A DNA stretch of 60,000 bases from Laetmonice hystrix. Its lineage: Eukaryota. Made by a program: the position numbers and the translations under genes. Below, piece by piece: positions 1-14,219 of the stretch. The stretch spans positions 9,178,001 to 9,238,000 of the forward strand of contig OZ249436.1 in assembly GCA_965235115.1 (NCBI GenBank), read 5' to 3'. The notes under the pieces were generated by a model. It was not told where the DNA came from. It made no database searches and saw nothing but the letters and a program-made list of their open reading frames with translations. Each line of letters opens with the position of its first letter. Position 1 is the stretch's first letter.

Positions 1-979
1 TTGACAAAAGTCCCGCATTGGAACGTGAGTTTGTGGGTTGAACATTAGTTCATCCAACGGTGGCTGAGGCCAGAAGTAGCTGTATTTACCTGCAGAACTC
101 CACACTGAACAGTCAGCAAATACCTTCACTCTACAAAACACGGCAGCCAGGGTCAGGCCTCCTGAGGTATTGGAGAATGATGACAAGTTAGTGACGTCTT
201 TTTCCCAGGGCCCTGACTGGTAGCCACCCTACTACACTTGAATGTACCTCTGCCCGGAATAGACACCGACAAATTGAAAGACCATGTGGCAAGTCTGCCC
301 AGATTTGTGTCGAGAGTTTTGTGCCATATTCGACCTTCATTTGTTGCTTCGCAGTATGGATTTGGCCTTACAGTGCCATATGAAAATGATCCGTGTGCAG
401 TCCGAATAAATCTTTTTATCCTTGGTTCTGAAAATTATCACTATAGTAGATGTTCAGTCCGTAAATGCAGGTACTTCTTGGCAAGCCTTTGAATGAAACA
501 AAACGGGACGGTTACCATCAGTGAAATAATAACGGGACTGGAGTATGTTTAATCGTCATGTATACTTACATCTGAGTAGATAATTTCTGTTTGATTATTA
601 TGATTTGTAAATTATTGTTAATTTGTAATATATGAATTATATATATATATATGAAGAGAGATGTGTATGTGTGTGGGTGTATGTCTTTACCTTCTATGGT
701 TACTCTACACAGTTAGTTGCGTATTATTTAGAGTGTGTTATTTCAGCAGCTATGCAGGAATGCCAGGGCAAATTCCATGTGCTTGTCGATCGAGCCAATT
801 GAACCATTGCTATAATGTAATAATTGTTCAGGCATAATGCAGTAGCGACAGTCTGTGTAACATACATAATTCATTGAGTTTTCCAGTTAATCCAAACCAA
901 TTCTGTAAGACACACTGTTACCAAAGGTATTTCATGCCTTGTTGCTTCGAGGTTCCTGTACCGATATGTTTGCTAGAAG

Positions 980-3370
980 CTAGCCTGAGTTTTTATTTTG
1001 ACGAGAATAGACATACCAACGGCTACATGGTTTGTGTGGACACAGAGTGACGGCACAGTCTGATCGTAGAGTGACCAACGGCGTGACATTGTAGGGGTTT
1101 CCAGACATGAGAACCACAAGATGTTGTAGACGAGGGTGAAGTCAGTCAGAGCCAGCAACATGGTATCAATCATTTCACGGCAATCTATGGAAGCCCATGA
1201 AAAAAAAGACATGCTATGGTCCCAAAATATCTGCGAATGTTTCTTCCGTACAAGATTTGAAGGCTCTGATATTGTTCTGTCTCATTTACATGGATCTATA
1301 AGGCAGAATGAGAGTGAACGAGGGAAGTTTGGGCATTCGTGGTACTGCACTAAGTTGGTGCCGCAATTAGACTGCAGGCGGTTCTGATGGCAGAAGCAGG
1401 TGTCTGGGTGAGGAAGAGTGCCAGCATTTAAAAGGCCTTTTGGAAGTCATGTTGGATTATTTGTGAATGATTCAAGCAAGACAGGAACTTCCTTGTTCTG
1501 TTTAAAAGTTAAATTTGATCAATAGTAATTGTATTCCTTGACGTTGACACGTTTGAAGTTGAAAATTTGTGCTTTTTTTTGCCTAAGTAGTACCAAGTGG
1601 TGGTACCAGCAAGGAACAAGGTAACAGTCATTATATTAATGTAAGAGCATGAGAAAGGTGCCATTGTTGTTTTGACCATAAACATATCAGTTTTGTGTGG
1701 TTGGCGTTGCCGGATGCAGCTGAGGTCTGACCCGTCACTGGGGAAACGGGAGAACATTAGGTACTTGTACCGTGTCAGAAGAACTGAAACATACATTGTA
1801 GCCTTCTCCGTCTGATTAAAGACAAGTCGGATATGTGGGTCGATGTCGTCTATAACCAGTACACAAGGTGAAATATGTAGAGGCCCCCTGAGATCGCATG
1901 CACAGTCGTATCGTTCAGTGGAGAAATGTTACCAGATCAATAAGTAATGTATATGAATTCCATCAATACTTGCAAATCAATAACACTTACATATAAAAGG
2001 ACCTAGAAGGGGCGTGAATGAACCCAGGCTGTGTCAGTAGATCGTGCAGCATCCTGACAAATACAAACATCGTCAACTCTCATCCCCACCGCATGAAAAA
2101 AATGGATTACTCGTTTTATTGTAGACAGGAAGCAAGACACTGAGGACAATTTTAATCCACCTGCAAGGTGTTCAAAAAGGTGAAATAATTTTAAAATCCA
2201 GAGGAAGTTCTGGCGTGTTTGGTTGCATTATGGTATTGTTTCAAGTTTCCCACGAATAAAGCAGGTATGTAGAGAGTAGGACAGTTAATGAGTGTACAGT
2301 AGACCAGTGTTGTGTTACACACCAAGATATGCTAGGTGCATAGCTTGTGTCTGATGAAGTGATTCATAGAGTAGAGATAGTCACTTCTACAGTAGACATG
2401 CCCAGAGCACAGTTAAAACAGGAGATGTCATGTAAAGTCATGTCAGGTTGGACCAAGCAGTAGATCCATAATAATATTGTACATAAACCCAGATGTATAT
2501 GACCACAAAGATGAGAAAACTGCTACACGTATCTGACACAAGATGTAGAATGTATTTATTTTGTACACTCTCTATGATGGGAGAGGAATGAGTGACCAGA
2601 CTGGATGTAGGTCGGTTGTCTGTTGTTATACTTGTTAGTGTGTGTTAAAGGTGAAGGGTAGCAAACCAGAACTCAGTCTCTTAAAGTATATAACTGACTG
2701 GTAAATAAAGCAATGGGCCCACATGCTGTTTGGGCAAAACCTCAACTCTACACTTAGCATAGAAACTAGCAGAACATTATGCGCTGTAAGTGCATACCTG
2801 CAAGCTTTTATGCTACGTGCTAGAACAGGTAGAGTTCCGAAATCTTAGACGACAGCTTACATTCCTATTTCCTACATTTAGACTCGCTGAATCATTTCAG
2901 AGGGCATCTAGAAGTCTCTCAGCATGCTATTGTTACACAGGTCTTGAGTGTACAAAGAAAATCCTGTGTGCTGGCCAGATGGTAAAACACTTGGCTCACT
3001 CTTGTCTGTGACATGTTCATCAATACTGGTGGAAGAGAACCAGTACCGGTCTTAGCGGCGCTATCATCACAAGGCTTAGTGCTCGAAAATAGTTGAGGCT
3101 CAATGACGAGGTTTTCACCGGACGAACTCATTTTCCACGTGTTGTTTAATTGTGGCCGGTTAAGTCCCATCAGATTGACAAGGATGAACCAGTTGGTTGT
3201 GAGAAAGGCATTCACCATGAGATGACGGTTTGTTCGGTTTCTTAATACGGACTTTCCATGCTTCAGTCGGCCGACATTGTATTGGGATGACCCATGCGTA
3301 CAGCAATGGATGGTTGTGCCAAGTTGTGTATTAAAAAGGCAAAATTGCTTGTACTGTATGCGAGACAACT
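980..3370 (-). mobile_element. Possible highly degraded retroelement (Penelope-like) relic
   Basis: Broken minus-strand frames with weak RT-like fragments (MGHPNTMSAD*SME ~3290; VIDDI ~1850) and LVYNILWFSC ~1120; many stops and frameshifts. Confidence 0.25.
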
Positions 3371-3440
3371 TTTAACAAAGTGAGCATGTATCATAGCTGT
3401 CAGTGTCCTTGTTTAAAGAAAAACTCGTTTACTGTGACTT

Positions 3441-3575
3441 CAGGGCCCAGTTCGTTAAGATCTTGCTTAAGCTTAAGCTTAACGCTTCTGATTGGCTGAT
3501 TTATTGAGGCCAGCCAATCAGAAGCCTTAAGCTTAAGCTTAAGCAAGAGCTTAAGTTTTTAAGAACTGGGCCCAG
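3441..3575. mobile_element. Palindromic MITE-like element (~135 bp)
   Basis: Arms gggcccagttc...tcttgcttaagcttaagcttaa.gcttctgattggctg / cagccaatcagaagc.ttaagcttaagcttaagcaaga...gaactgggccc. Confidence 0.8.
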
Positions 3576-6500
3576 AGCTTAAGACTGGGCGCTGGTAATC
3601 GTATGACCAGCGAAGGGATGATGATGTCAATCTCTGGGACCAAACCATTGGCAGAGAAAATCGGGGGTAAATGACGTGGTGACCTTATAGTAGTGTATAT
3701 GTATGTCACACAACTGGAAAAAAGATGTATTTTATTTATAAGTTTCTTTGCTGGTATCGTAAACGTGTTACTGGTAGTGGCGAGCAGGTATACTGATACA
3801 TATTGAATGCGGGTTATAAGAATATACTAGTCTGCACTCGGGAGAAAGTACTACTGAACGCCCGTAATTCGTTGATATAGTTGTTGTGACTCTGTTAATG
3901 AATTGGTGGATAATCTGTGTATAAGAGCATCTGAATAGATAGCAGCTAGAAATAGGATGAGGCCTCAGATAGGGAGGCAATGTATAGCAAACTCGCATAG
4001 GGAGGCAATGTATAGCAAACTAGACGGCAAGGGTTTGTTTGGGCCCTGTTTGCATGCACCAAAATCACGTTGTGGCTATTAGTAATACTGGCGCCATGAC
4101 TACTCCAAACAGCTTTGAGCTATCCTCCACTATCGTACCAACCTGTACTCCTCACATCAGACCCCAAGCTCTAACAAGTGGGTTTTTATGCAGAAATCTA
4201 GGTGTCTAAGGTAATTAAGAAAAATACCTTTGTAATAGGTAAATATGGACCCATCCCTTCCATAACAGCACTCAGTCTCAGTACGGACTACAGAGGTCAA
4301 AATCAACACTCAGGTAGACCACCTGTTATCATCTTTGCCATAGCAGAGTTTGTGTCAAGTGTACATAATTATGGTGTTCTAAGTCATTCTACTTGGTTCT
4401 TTTACTGCTCAGCTGTCCATGTAGATCTAAGGCGCTTTGTTCGCTCTGGATTGGGAGAAGACCAGTCCGGTTGAAGGAATGATTCCTTTATGATAATTTA
4501 TTAATTTATTTCCAGTTCTGTTTACTTATTTTTCGGTAGATATGTCTGATATTTTCTTCCACGTATAATTCTACCTTGCCTCATAACCAGTGCTTTTTGG
4601 CTCTGGTACCGCATTAGTTATTCAGCATATGAAAAAGGCCAGATGAATTTTACCGTATGTTGCCAACATCGACATATTGACAAGAGACGTCACTAAGTAT
4701 TGATACGACTAAGTATGAGGTACCCGTTGTCAATGTGGCTACTGTATATATTGACAGAAACCGAGAGGGCCGACGCTAACATTGGTAACAACTTGCCATT
4801 CCGTTTTGGCTGAGAACTGCAACACAGTGTGTTACTGACACAGATGACAATGGGAATTGTTTCAGAATCCACCCGAACCAAACCTCTGACCGACCCGCGC
4901 TAGGATTAGGGCGGGGGCTGTCAGAGATGAGGAGCACAGGTGCCCTGTGTTATTGAACTGACGCTTGGATTACGTCAAACCGTCTGTTCAACAGCCCCGT
5001 GGTGTAATGTCGCACGCACGCACGCACGCGCACAAAGTTGCAGCAGTAAAGACATATCCTGTACTTCTGATATTTTACTCTATTTTTGTTTTAACCTGAA
5101 AATGTCCTGAGTAGACACGAATAGAAGTCACTGTGTACATGACAGAGAACATTATTATTTTTATCAGCCGTAAGTCGGAACCTCATACTAGAATATTGGG
5201 ATAAATGGACCAGCAGTAACTTGCCATTATTGAATGTTTTGAAAGTGTGGGTTTAGTGTAACAGCCAGAGGCCGGACACATGGACATATTTGCCCAAGAT
5301 CTGTGAATTTTGAGCGCCACCGTTTCTTACCTAACCTCACTTACGGACGGCTGGACAGGCTGTGTTGTTGGGGCACTGGGAGTATAATAGATTATGACAT
5401 TTGCTCCAAAGAGGGAAAAAGATGTTGCTAACAATATCTAATCTGTAAATTATCACGTAAATTATGACTCTAACATGTCAATTTATACTCGGCGACTCTT
5501 CCTCCACCCGAAAAAAATTCTTCCATGTTAAACAAAAACCATGGCGAATATGTGAACATGCTGTACGGAACATATCAGCCTGCCTTTTGATCTGTCTCTC
5601 CTGACAACTCTACTGGAATAACCCCACCCAGGTGTCCGCAGCAGCAGCAGCAGCAGCAGTAGCCCATCTTCCCGTAGCCCATACATAGGTTGTGTATCCA
5701 CTGTTACGTGTAGGCCGTGATGGTGTAGCTGTGACAGGACTGTCACTAATGACATCGGGGTGTAGCCGGACGGAGGACGACTCGCGGTGCCGCCCTACTA
5801 CTCGATAATCTCTACTGGTTGTGCCCAAAGTGTACGTGACAGCTACTACTACTATTAATACTACATGTACTACTACACTACTATTTACCACTACTTACTA
5901 ATATTACTACTAAATACTTGTTGATCAGTGAGTAACCGTGGCTTGTGTGTCAAGGTGTGCTTGTGTAAATGTGCTGGCACGGATCCACTCCGATGTAGAA
6001 ATAAAGTTGTAGGATAAGAATGGTGTAATAAAGTCCTTCAGATCTGAGCAACGTCTTGCTCTCGTTATGTGTTCGTCCGTACGCCTTTGTTGTAAGCAAC
6101 TCTCATTTAGGAGTCTCGGTGAAAATAGTAAGAAGACATTAAGTGCAGATATAATCCTTGGTATAGCACTGTTCACGGGAGTGCTGGGGGGGGGGGTGGC
6201 TCTGAAACTATTTCACTTGTTGAGAAACGGTCGATATCTCTTAAAAGTGAATAATTGATTTACTAATTCCAGTTTAGATAAATTAGTTGGACCCTAGATG
6301 TGTTGAGAAACGGTTTATCTGAACGGGAGTCGGTGGGACGGATTGAACGAGATACGACCTGTCGTAGACTTTGTCCCCTGCTGAAAGGTCAAGAGACTCT
6401 CATCGTCTGGCCCACATTTTATCCTCTCTCAAGTACGAAGTCCGTGCAAGAAAATAAAAAGGAAAGTTTGGTTCGTTATACCACCGGGGGGGGGGTCGTT

Positions 6501-9202
6501 TTGAATTAAAGGAATCGAAAACCTCTGAAAATTAAATGACAGAACGGGCATAGTCAGTGGTGGCTCCAGCCCGTTTTAGTTGGGGGCGGGGGTAAGTGGT
6601 GGCTACAGAAAAACAAATTTCGGGGGGGGGGGGGGTCTCAAGCCACTCCCTCGCGCCACCACTGGCGCATAGGTAGGCCAAGACGAGATACATGTCAACC
6701 ACAGGGCTGCACACTCTCAGGTCCCTGCGGGCTGACTGAAACCCACTTTAAAAAATTAATTGACGATCCCCGCCAGAGGTTCTTGACCCCAATGCCCTTT
6801 AGACTTGAGCGGGAGACCAAGCAGACGACAGATTGTCGTGACCAATGTAAATGGTAGAGTTAATCTCCACCAGTGGTAACCAGTGGTAACCAGTGGTAAC
6901 CAGTGGTGACAGTCACCCCTGGCCCGCCAATACCTGCCCGGTCCAGCCAATACTCGGCCTCATGTCCCTGGCAACGGTCCCGCAACTAGAGCCAGTGTCT
7001 CGCCTATTTACATGATCGGCGTGCAACTCGTATCATAAGACATGTGTCTAAATAAATTACACCTATAACTCCAGGGGTTCGTATCACCTGTAATAATGAA
7101 AGATCAACAGCGACCTGTCTCGTTTAATAATATTGCCTGATTCCAAGCTGAGTTGTGAAGTCAATAGAGAAAGAGCAGAGGCAGACAGGTGTAACTTTGG
7201 GCTAAGATCAGTGGCGGCCTGTCTTCGATTAGAGTAGGCGGATGTCGTGTGATCACAGCCTGGATGTCGTGACAATGAACCGAGAAAGGAGCAATTAGAA
7301 CACGTATAAGCCACTTTCTATCAATAACAAGCAATATTGTGGTGGCGATATGCCCGTATCACGCATGAAGAAAAGTGTTTAGAATCAGAAGAAAGAAATT
7401 GTTTGACCCAGATTTCATATAAAAGGTGCTGGCAAGCTACCGGTATAACCAAACAAAATTTCATGTACAGATCATTTATGATACAAGTCTTCCCGCTCCA
7501 TGCAAGAGATATGTGATACATATTGGAATCATTTTCTAGATTAAGATCAGTTATAATTTTATTATGTATGTTCTTTAAATTCCATTTAAGGCCTGTCGCC
7601 TGTCAGGGAGCTTAATTGTACGTAACTCTCACACCCACAGTTCAAAGACTTCAAATCACACCACAAGAGGGTGTAATTGAACGAAGTCGCTTTATTACCT
7701 TTCCTCAAGCGAATTATGTTTCTTCTCATTGGCAAAAATCAAGGGATCAGGCTCAGGGGGCATGCCCCTGCAGTCAGACACAGTGTAAAGCTGTATGTTG
7801 CTTCCTACGGTATGGAGCGGCTTTTTTTAATTGTAAATATTGCATCAATTAATATTTATATAATATATTGGAGAAGAACACTGAAATACACGAGTATGTA
7901 TATTTATTACAAAATAAGAGTACCGTATCCATCAATGACAGTTGGGTTGTCTGTGGTGTCTCCGTTAGAATACGGTCGTTTGTTACAAAAACCTATTGGA
8001 CATTTTAGCTTGGAACTAAAGGGATACATCAAATGAATGTCCAATAACACCTAAGGTACCGGTACATTTACAAATGTCTTGTATCCATCATAATAAATTA
8101 CCAGACTGATTCATTTAGATATCTTTACTCTTCCAATCTGTGAGATGAGTTTTAATGATCTGAGCATCTGAGTTTGATAGCAAATGAAATGAAGTGAAAA
8201 TCCTGTTCCCCATTTCAATAATCATTAAGCCAATAAAAAAACCAATGAACGAGTACCTGGTAAGGTATTTAAGAACCGTCTTTTGCAGAAAACAGATACA
8301 TTACATTTAGGTATGTATGAGTGTAGATATACATAATTAATGAAGCACTTATGGTCACCAAATAATTCATACTGACAGCACCAAACGATGGATTATTGTC
8401 TTTATGGCAGACAGTTGGTAAAATCACCAACCAACGGTCAGATTATACAATCATGCGTTATGTCAGAATAATCCTGTACCTCACATAACGTCCAGCCCTG
8501 TGTCCTACTTGACCTACTAGTAGTGACCCTACTTAATCTAGTAGTGACCCTAGGACCCTAGGACGGTAATCTAAACCCAATCTGTACCGTGATCCAAGAT
8601 AACACTGTGGGTAGGTCTTGATTATCGTAATCTGTCAAAGCATTTTGAACTTTCGAATTTCTCACCCCAAATAACGACACGGTAGGTGTGCTCAATGGTA
8701 AAGTGGACCTCCACAGCAACAAGGAAAGAGCAATTTGTAAACTATATTGACATTGGCATTGCCGTATGGGAATGTCTTGGTCCAGAACATTCACAGAGGC
8801 TGAGACCTACACACTACCAGCATAACATTAGGCATGTAAGCATATACAAATATATATTATGGAAACGGTACATGAATACAACAATCATATCAGTTAAAGG
8901 TTCAATGGACACTATCCAAACAATCTTCATTATGTACACTACAGTGCTTTCCATTTTACAACGGAGCGTGTGACTTGACATTTGATGTCCCGGATATTTT
9001 ACATAGGCCTATATACACTACACAATTCATCAGGTTCTCCGACGACAAATTTACATATATACACTACACAACTCATCAGGATACTCATCAGGTTCTCCGA
9101 CCACACAAACAGGTGAATAAAAAATCGTCGGGTCGCAGAGGCCAGTGCCCCCCCCCCCCCCGAATTTTCATTACATCTTCATTTGGAGAACATTACAAAC
9201 AA

Positions 9203-9412
9203 ACAATGGTTGGGTCACATGCAGGCTATCCATTGACACAATGGTTGGGTCACATGCAGGCTATCCATTGACACAATGGTTGGGTCACATGCAGGCTATC
9301 CATTGACACAATGGTTGGGTCACATGCAGGCTATCCATTGACACAATGGTTGGGTCACATGCAGGCTATCCATTGACACAATGGGTGGGTCACCAGGCTA
9401 TCCATTGACACA
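9203..9412. repeat. 35-bp minisatellite x~6
   Basis: acaatggttgggtcacatgcaggctatccattgac tandem. Confidence 0.9.
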
Positions 9413-9930
9413 CTGTAACAGTGCTGGACACACATTGGCCGATTACGAAGGTCAAATTCCACCATCACGTAGTACCAGATTGTATAGTCTTCTGTTTCCC
9501 ATTACCTTTGGTCTGGGATCATTCACGGTTTGGCTTCTCAATTTCCCCACATATCGTACCACACAAGTGTACGCTTGACGAAAGCCGGGTGTCGTATGTA
9601 TACTGAAGCTAAGTGGCACAGTGACAGACACTGAGTGCGGCAGACAATAACCAAATGCTCCACTCTGACGACAGCAAACAAAACAATGAATGGGAGTATA
9701 CAATACTCCTCGCGAGTATAAACTACATAACAATAGTTACAGTAGTTAGGGCAACCGTACTTCTAATCCTGTTCAAAAGAGTGTTTTTGGCCACTTATAG
9801 GCTCACTTGTTACCCCCACAGATATAGGCCCTACTGCCACATAGAACAGCACATAGTGGCTGTCAAGGGCCATGACCGTACAGTCAGGACAGCATGGTGA
9901 TTGAGATCAGAGGTATACAGGACAGACGTC

Positions 9931-11361
9931 CAGGGATGAAAGTGGCCAGCTGTAAAATTTCCTGAAATTCTGACCGGGGGGGGGGGGGGGGGAGCGGCGG
10001 GGGCCAATGTCCATAATTAATATTTGTTCATGCGCACATTCAAGGCTTACCCCCCCCCCCCCCCTTAAAAAAAGTCAGGCTAGGAACAGCAGACAATCAT
10101 GATCCGATATTCGGCAATAAGGCCTCCTAGCTATTATATATTATAGGGCCTAGCCCTCAGTATTTAGTCGCCACCCCCCACCCCCCAACCCCCAACCCCC
10201 AACCCCCCACCCCTGCAAATTTGCTGGATAGACTCCATCACTCATCAGTCCATGCCCCTGTTCAAGGCTGTTGCTTGCCTGTCACTCAGTCACGTCAACC
10301 TCTGCCTGGCTCTGCCGTCTCTCTCCAACATTGGAATCCAGTCGGCTTCTAGCGTCCAAAATGCACCCGATTACGTTGTCAAACAGCTTCCATGTGTTAA
10401 ACTGACCACACAGGCTGTCCATCAGTCTTGACCCTCAGCCCGTGTGTCCATGTGCCACTCATGTTGTTGTAAATATTGTCACTTCCGGTCTTATCAGGAC
10501 ACCTGCACTGATCGACAAATGTAATGAAAAGTCCTGACAACCCCAAAACTTCAGTGAAAACCACTTACGTAATGCCATTATCCTCAAATTTATATGCAAG
10601 AAAACATTATGAGAACTTACTGACATATATACTAGGCAGATTCATAGAACTAAATTGACCCAGTTTCCTGTGAGGAGTGACATTCTGATGGTGCGTAGTT
10701 CGTCAGCCTAATCACTATCACCGGGACTAGACAGACCGGTCTGCCTATAGTCTCGTTGCTATCACTAAGTGAGCGCTCAGGCAAAACTCGCGCATGGATA
10801 TGGCATAATGGCAAGCCTGAATCAACGGGCTTCGCAGCTGCCCGACCATCAGTTTTGCCTGAAGTCATTACCTGAGGTGAGTCGCTCTCACCACAGCGAC
10901 ACGGGGCCGTGCCTGCCAGACGGGACAGACGCCACCGCGTGCCGGTAGAAGTCAGCCCACGCGGGCCGGTCTATGTGAGCGATGTCACCACAGCTACAGG
11001 GACCGCGGGCAGTACACCAGCACCCCCGGCAGACCGGCCTATGCACGGCGGCACCCGTGACACTGGACGGGTTTGAGACACTCTAATATCCCCATCTATA
11101 AACGAACTTTGGCAGGTAGAGATATTGAGCTGCATGGTGTTAAAAAACGTCCTGGAAGGGGATATTGTTTCATTTGATATTAACAAATAAAATTGCCCAC
11201 CACACAGTCCAGGGCAATAGGCCTACTTAGCCTTGGCTTAGGCCTACCTCTTTTGCCTATAGATCTAGGCCTATTTCCTTTTTTGGGTGTTATTTCTTGG
11301 GGGGGGGGGATTTTTTCAAATTTCCTGATTTCAGGAAATTTCCTGAAAACTTTCATCCCTG
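9931..11361. mobile_element. Non-autonomous TIR DNA transposon, hAT-like (~1.4 kb)
   Basis: Ends cagggatgaaagt / actttcatccctg, each flanked by gacgtc; subterminal aaatttcctga motifs and poly-G/C runs. Confidence 0.75.
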
Positions 11362-11455
11362 GACGTCCTTCTAGACTCACGACGTACTATCGTACGTAGA
11401 GTCTACACGAAAACGATACGACTCGACACACCAAACGGTGGCAGCTAATGGCACA

Positions 11456-11633
11456 GCGGCCGTTCATAAATTACGTAACGCTAGGCCGGGGGTGGGGGTG
11501 GGGGTGGGGGTGGGGTATGGCCAAGCGTTACGGTCCATTATACACCTCCATTGAAAGCTTTACGGGGGGTGGGGGTGGGGGGGGGGGTTTCAGATTTTGG
11601 TCAAAATAGTGTTACGTAATTTATGGCCGCCCC
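11456..11633. mobile_element. MITE with cataaattacgtaac / gttacgtaatttatg inverted ends
   Basis: Imperfect ~25-bp TIR around G-rich internal tracts. Confidence 0.7.
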
Positions 11634-13934
11634 AAACGTTGTCACATAACCGTAAACGACTCTCCGATTTCCGCTGCGCCAATTGCTTTCAGTACAAAAT
11701 TTAACACCGCTCAAAAAAATCTAGGAATTTTGTAGAATTACAGGAAACTAATCGACTGCTGATCATGTTATTGACTAGAAAGGTGGCAGCGTCTCTATGA
11801 AGTTCTAACTCGAACATTATGACGCCAATCATGTCCGAATAGTGGGTCCATACTACAACATGGCGAAATACAATGTATATTCCAGGTGGCACACTTTAGA
11901 TATAGGTTCTAGACTGTCATGACCAGCAATGCTCAACGTATAATAATTTTATAACAACTGTCATTGGGGCCTTGCTATTGATCATTATACACAGGAATAC
12001 ACCCCTGTCATTGCTTCTCGACATGTTGATTACAGTGGGCGTATTTTTACTGGAAGCCGGCATGCTGTTTGAGTTATTGATTTCCATTCCTCCCGCTGAT
12101 TTTAGGCCTACTGGTATCTCGATAGGTATGACTCGCGTTCAAGACATGCTTCAGACATTCGTGACTTGTCAAACTCTGCCATTGGATTATAATATCAGTA
12201 TTATATACTAGTGGTCCATTTCAATGCCCGACAACTTTACACAGACGTAAAACACAATAATACACTGATATATGAGTATAACAATTACTAGAAACAGGCT
12301 GCCATCATCAAATCTCATCAGATCTCTCTATGGTTATGTTTCCAAGTCGGTGTGACAGGAATACAAGTCCCCTGAAATACAGGTCAGACGGACCTGCATT
12401 CCTAGGACTTTAAGTCCGTGATGTTGTATTATTTAAATATTTTTTTCACAATCCTATCCCTAATCCTAACCTTAACCCTAATCTAATTGTATTTTCTGAC
12501 TTGTATTGTCTGATACCACCTAGGACCTGCATAATCAAGGTTGCCTCTGTGATAGGCCTCGTATACTGCTGGCAACTGCATGGGACGACACTCAGTCAAA
12601 ACCAAGGAATCCGGCGGACTTCCGTTCACACCGGCATACTAAGCAACCATGGCAATATTTGCATTTACAAGATATGCGCCATTGTCAAAAGTGTAAATGT
12701 AATAAAAGATAGAGAGAATGGGCTGGTATATCCGGGACTTATCGGTGCCTTGGGAGTTGTATCTCAGTGGGATAACGAGACATGGTCCCAAGCCGCGGTG
12801 CACGCCGTTCTCCAGTCCGTGCCAAGTGTTGGTTTTGATTTGTATCATGTAACTCACATGGGAGACGGCTGTACTGCCGGGTCATTAAGAACACCCACAC
12901 AAACTAGGGCAGAGTCGTATGTTGTGCTGCCCCAAGGCCTCTATCCTATAGAGAGAGGGTTCGCCATTCTCTAATCTGAGCAAAGCGGCACACTACGCAA
13001 AGATTTCCGCCCCAAACCACTGGCAGTGCATATGTCAATGGAATAAATGATATAGTAGCCATCAATCTTCTGCTCAGTGACAGCTGAGACCCAGAGGCCC
13101 TAACATCATACCCATCACGGCGACGGGTTCAAGGATGGTGTAAAACGGGCATTCTTCAACCTGAACGCCACTCGTCATGTTTGTCTTCGAACAGGAATCA
13201 TTTACTTAGCTAATATAACCGAGGTAAAATGAAATGATTGGGGCCTAGAGGGACAAAATGCCAATGACGAGAGCTGCTGCAGTCGGTGGTATTGGCGGCA
13301 AGCTGCCGGGGCCGGTGGGAGGACTGCCGACAGTACGACCACCCCGGCCTCTGCCGCCGCCTTGGACCAGGACAAACCGGGCCTTGATCAATACCAGCGG
13401 CCGCCACCGCCACCGCCGCCGCCACCGCCACCGCCACCGCCGCCTGCGGGCTGCCAGACTCTCCTCCCGGATCGGCTTTCATACGGACGGCTATAATAGG
13501 CCGAACCGTGAACGATCAACTGTTGGTCAACAATCCCAGCACCTGGTGAGGAGTTGGAAGGACCCTCACTCAGCATACCCTCATAGATCTGGTGGTCCAT
13601 TGTCTATGTTGTGTACCCTCCCCGGCCTGGGCCGCTGATGAGGCCGGGCCTCCTGAGAAGACGGCCGGGATCGGGCCACTCGACGTCCGGCACCTCGTCC
13701 TCCTCACCCTCCTCCTCCAGGGGCTGATCATATTCCTCTGTACACTGGGACAAGCCGCTGACAGACTCTGACGAGCTCTCGCACTGCGCCCACGTCCGGT
13801 CCCGGTCCCCCCACTACCAGACTGACAGCCCCCTCCCTCCCCCTCCCTCCCCCTCCCTCCCCCACCTCCCCCATGGATCTCTCCGCGTGCCAGTGCATTC
13901 CCAACCCAAAGATCAGGTCCTGCGGCCAAACCTC

Positions 13935-14219
13935 CACATTATGTCACCCTGGCCGTACACTGACCTAACTCTATACACGATACGACTGGTTTCACATTAT
14001 GTCACCCTGGCCGTACACTGACCTAACTCTATACACGATACGACTGGTTTCACATTATGTCACCCTGGCCGTACACTGACCTAACTCTATACACGATACG
14101 ACTGGTTTCACATTATGTCACCCTTGCCGTACACTGACCTAACTCTATACACGATACGACTGGTTTCACATTATGTCACCCTGGCCGTACACTGACCTAA
14201 CTCTATACACGATACGACT
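13935..14219. repeat. 58-bp minisatellite x5
   Basis: cacattatgtcaccctggccgtacactgacctaactctatacacgatacgactggttt tandem. Confidence 0.92.

Noticed and set aside
4992..5035. tRNA-like start gccccgtggtgtaatg
   Set aside because: No anticodon arm, T-loop or acceptor-stem partner follows
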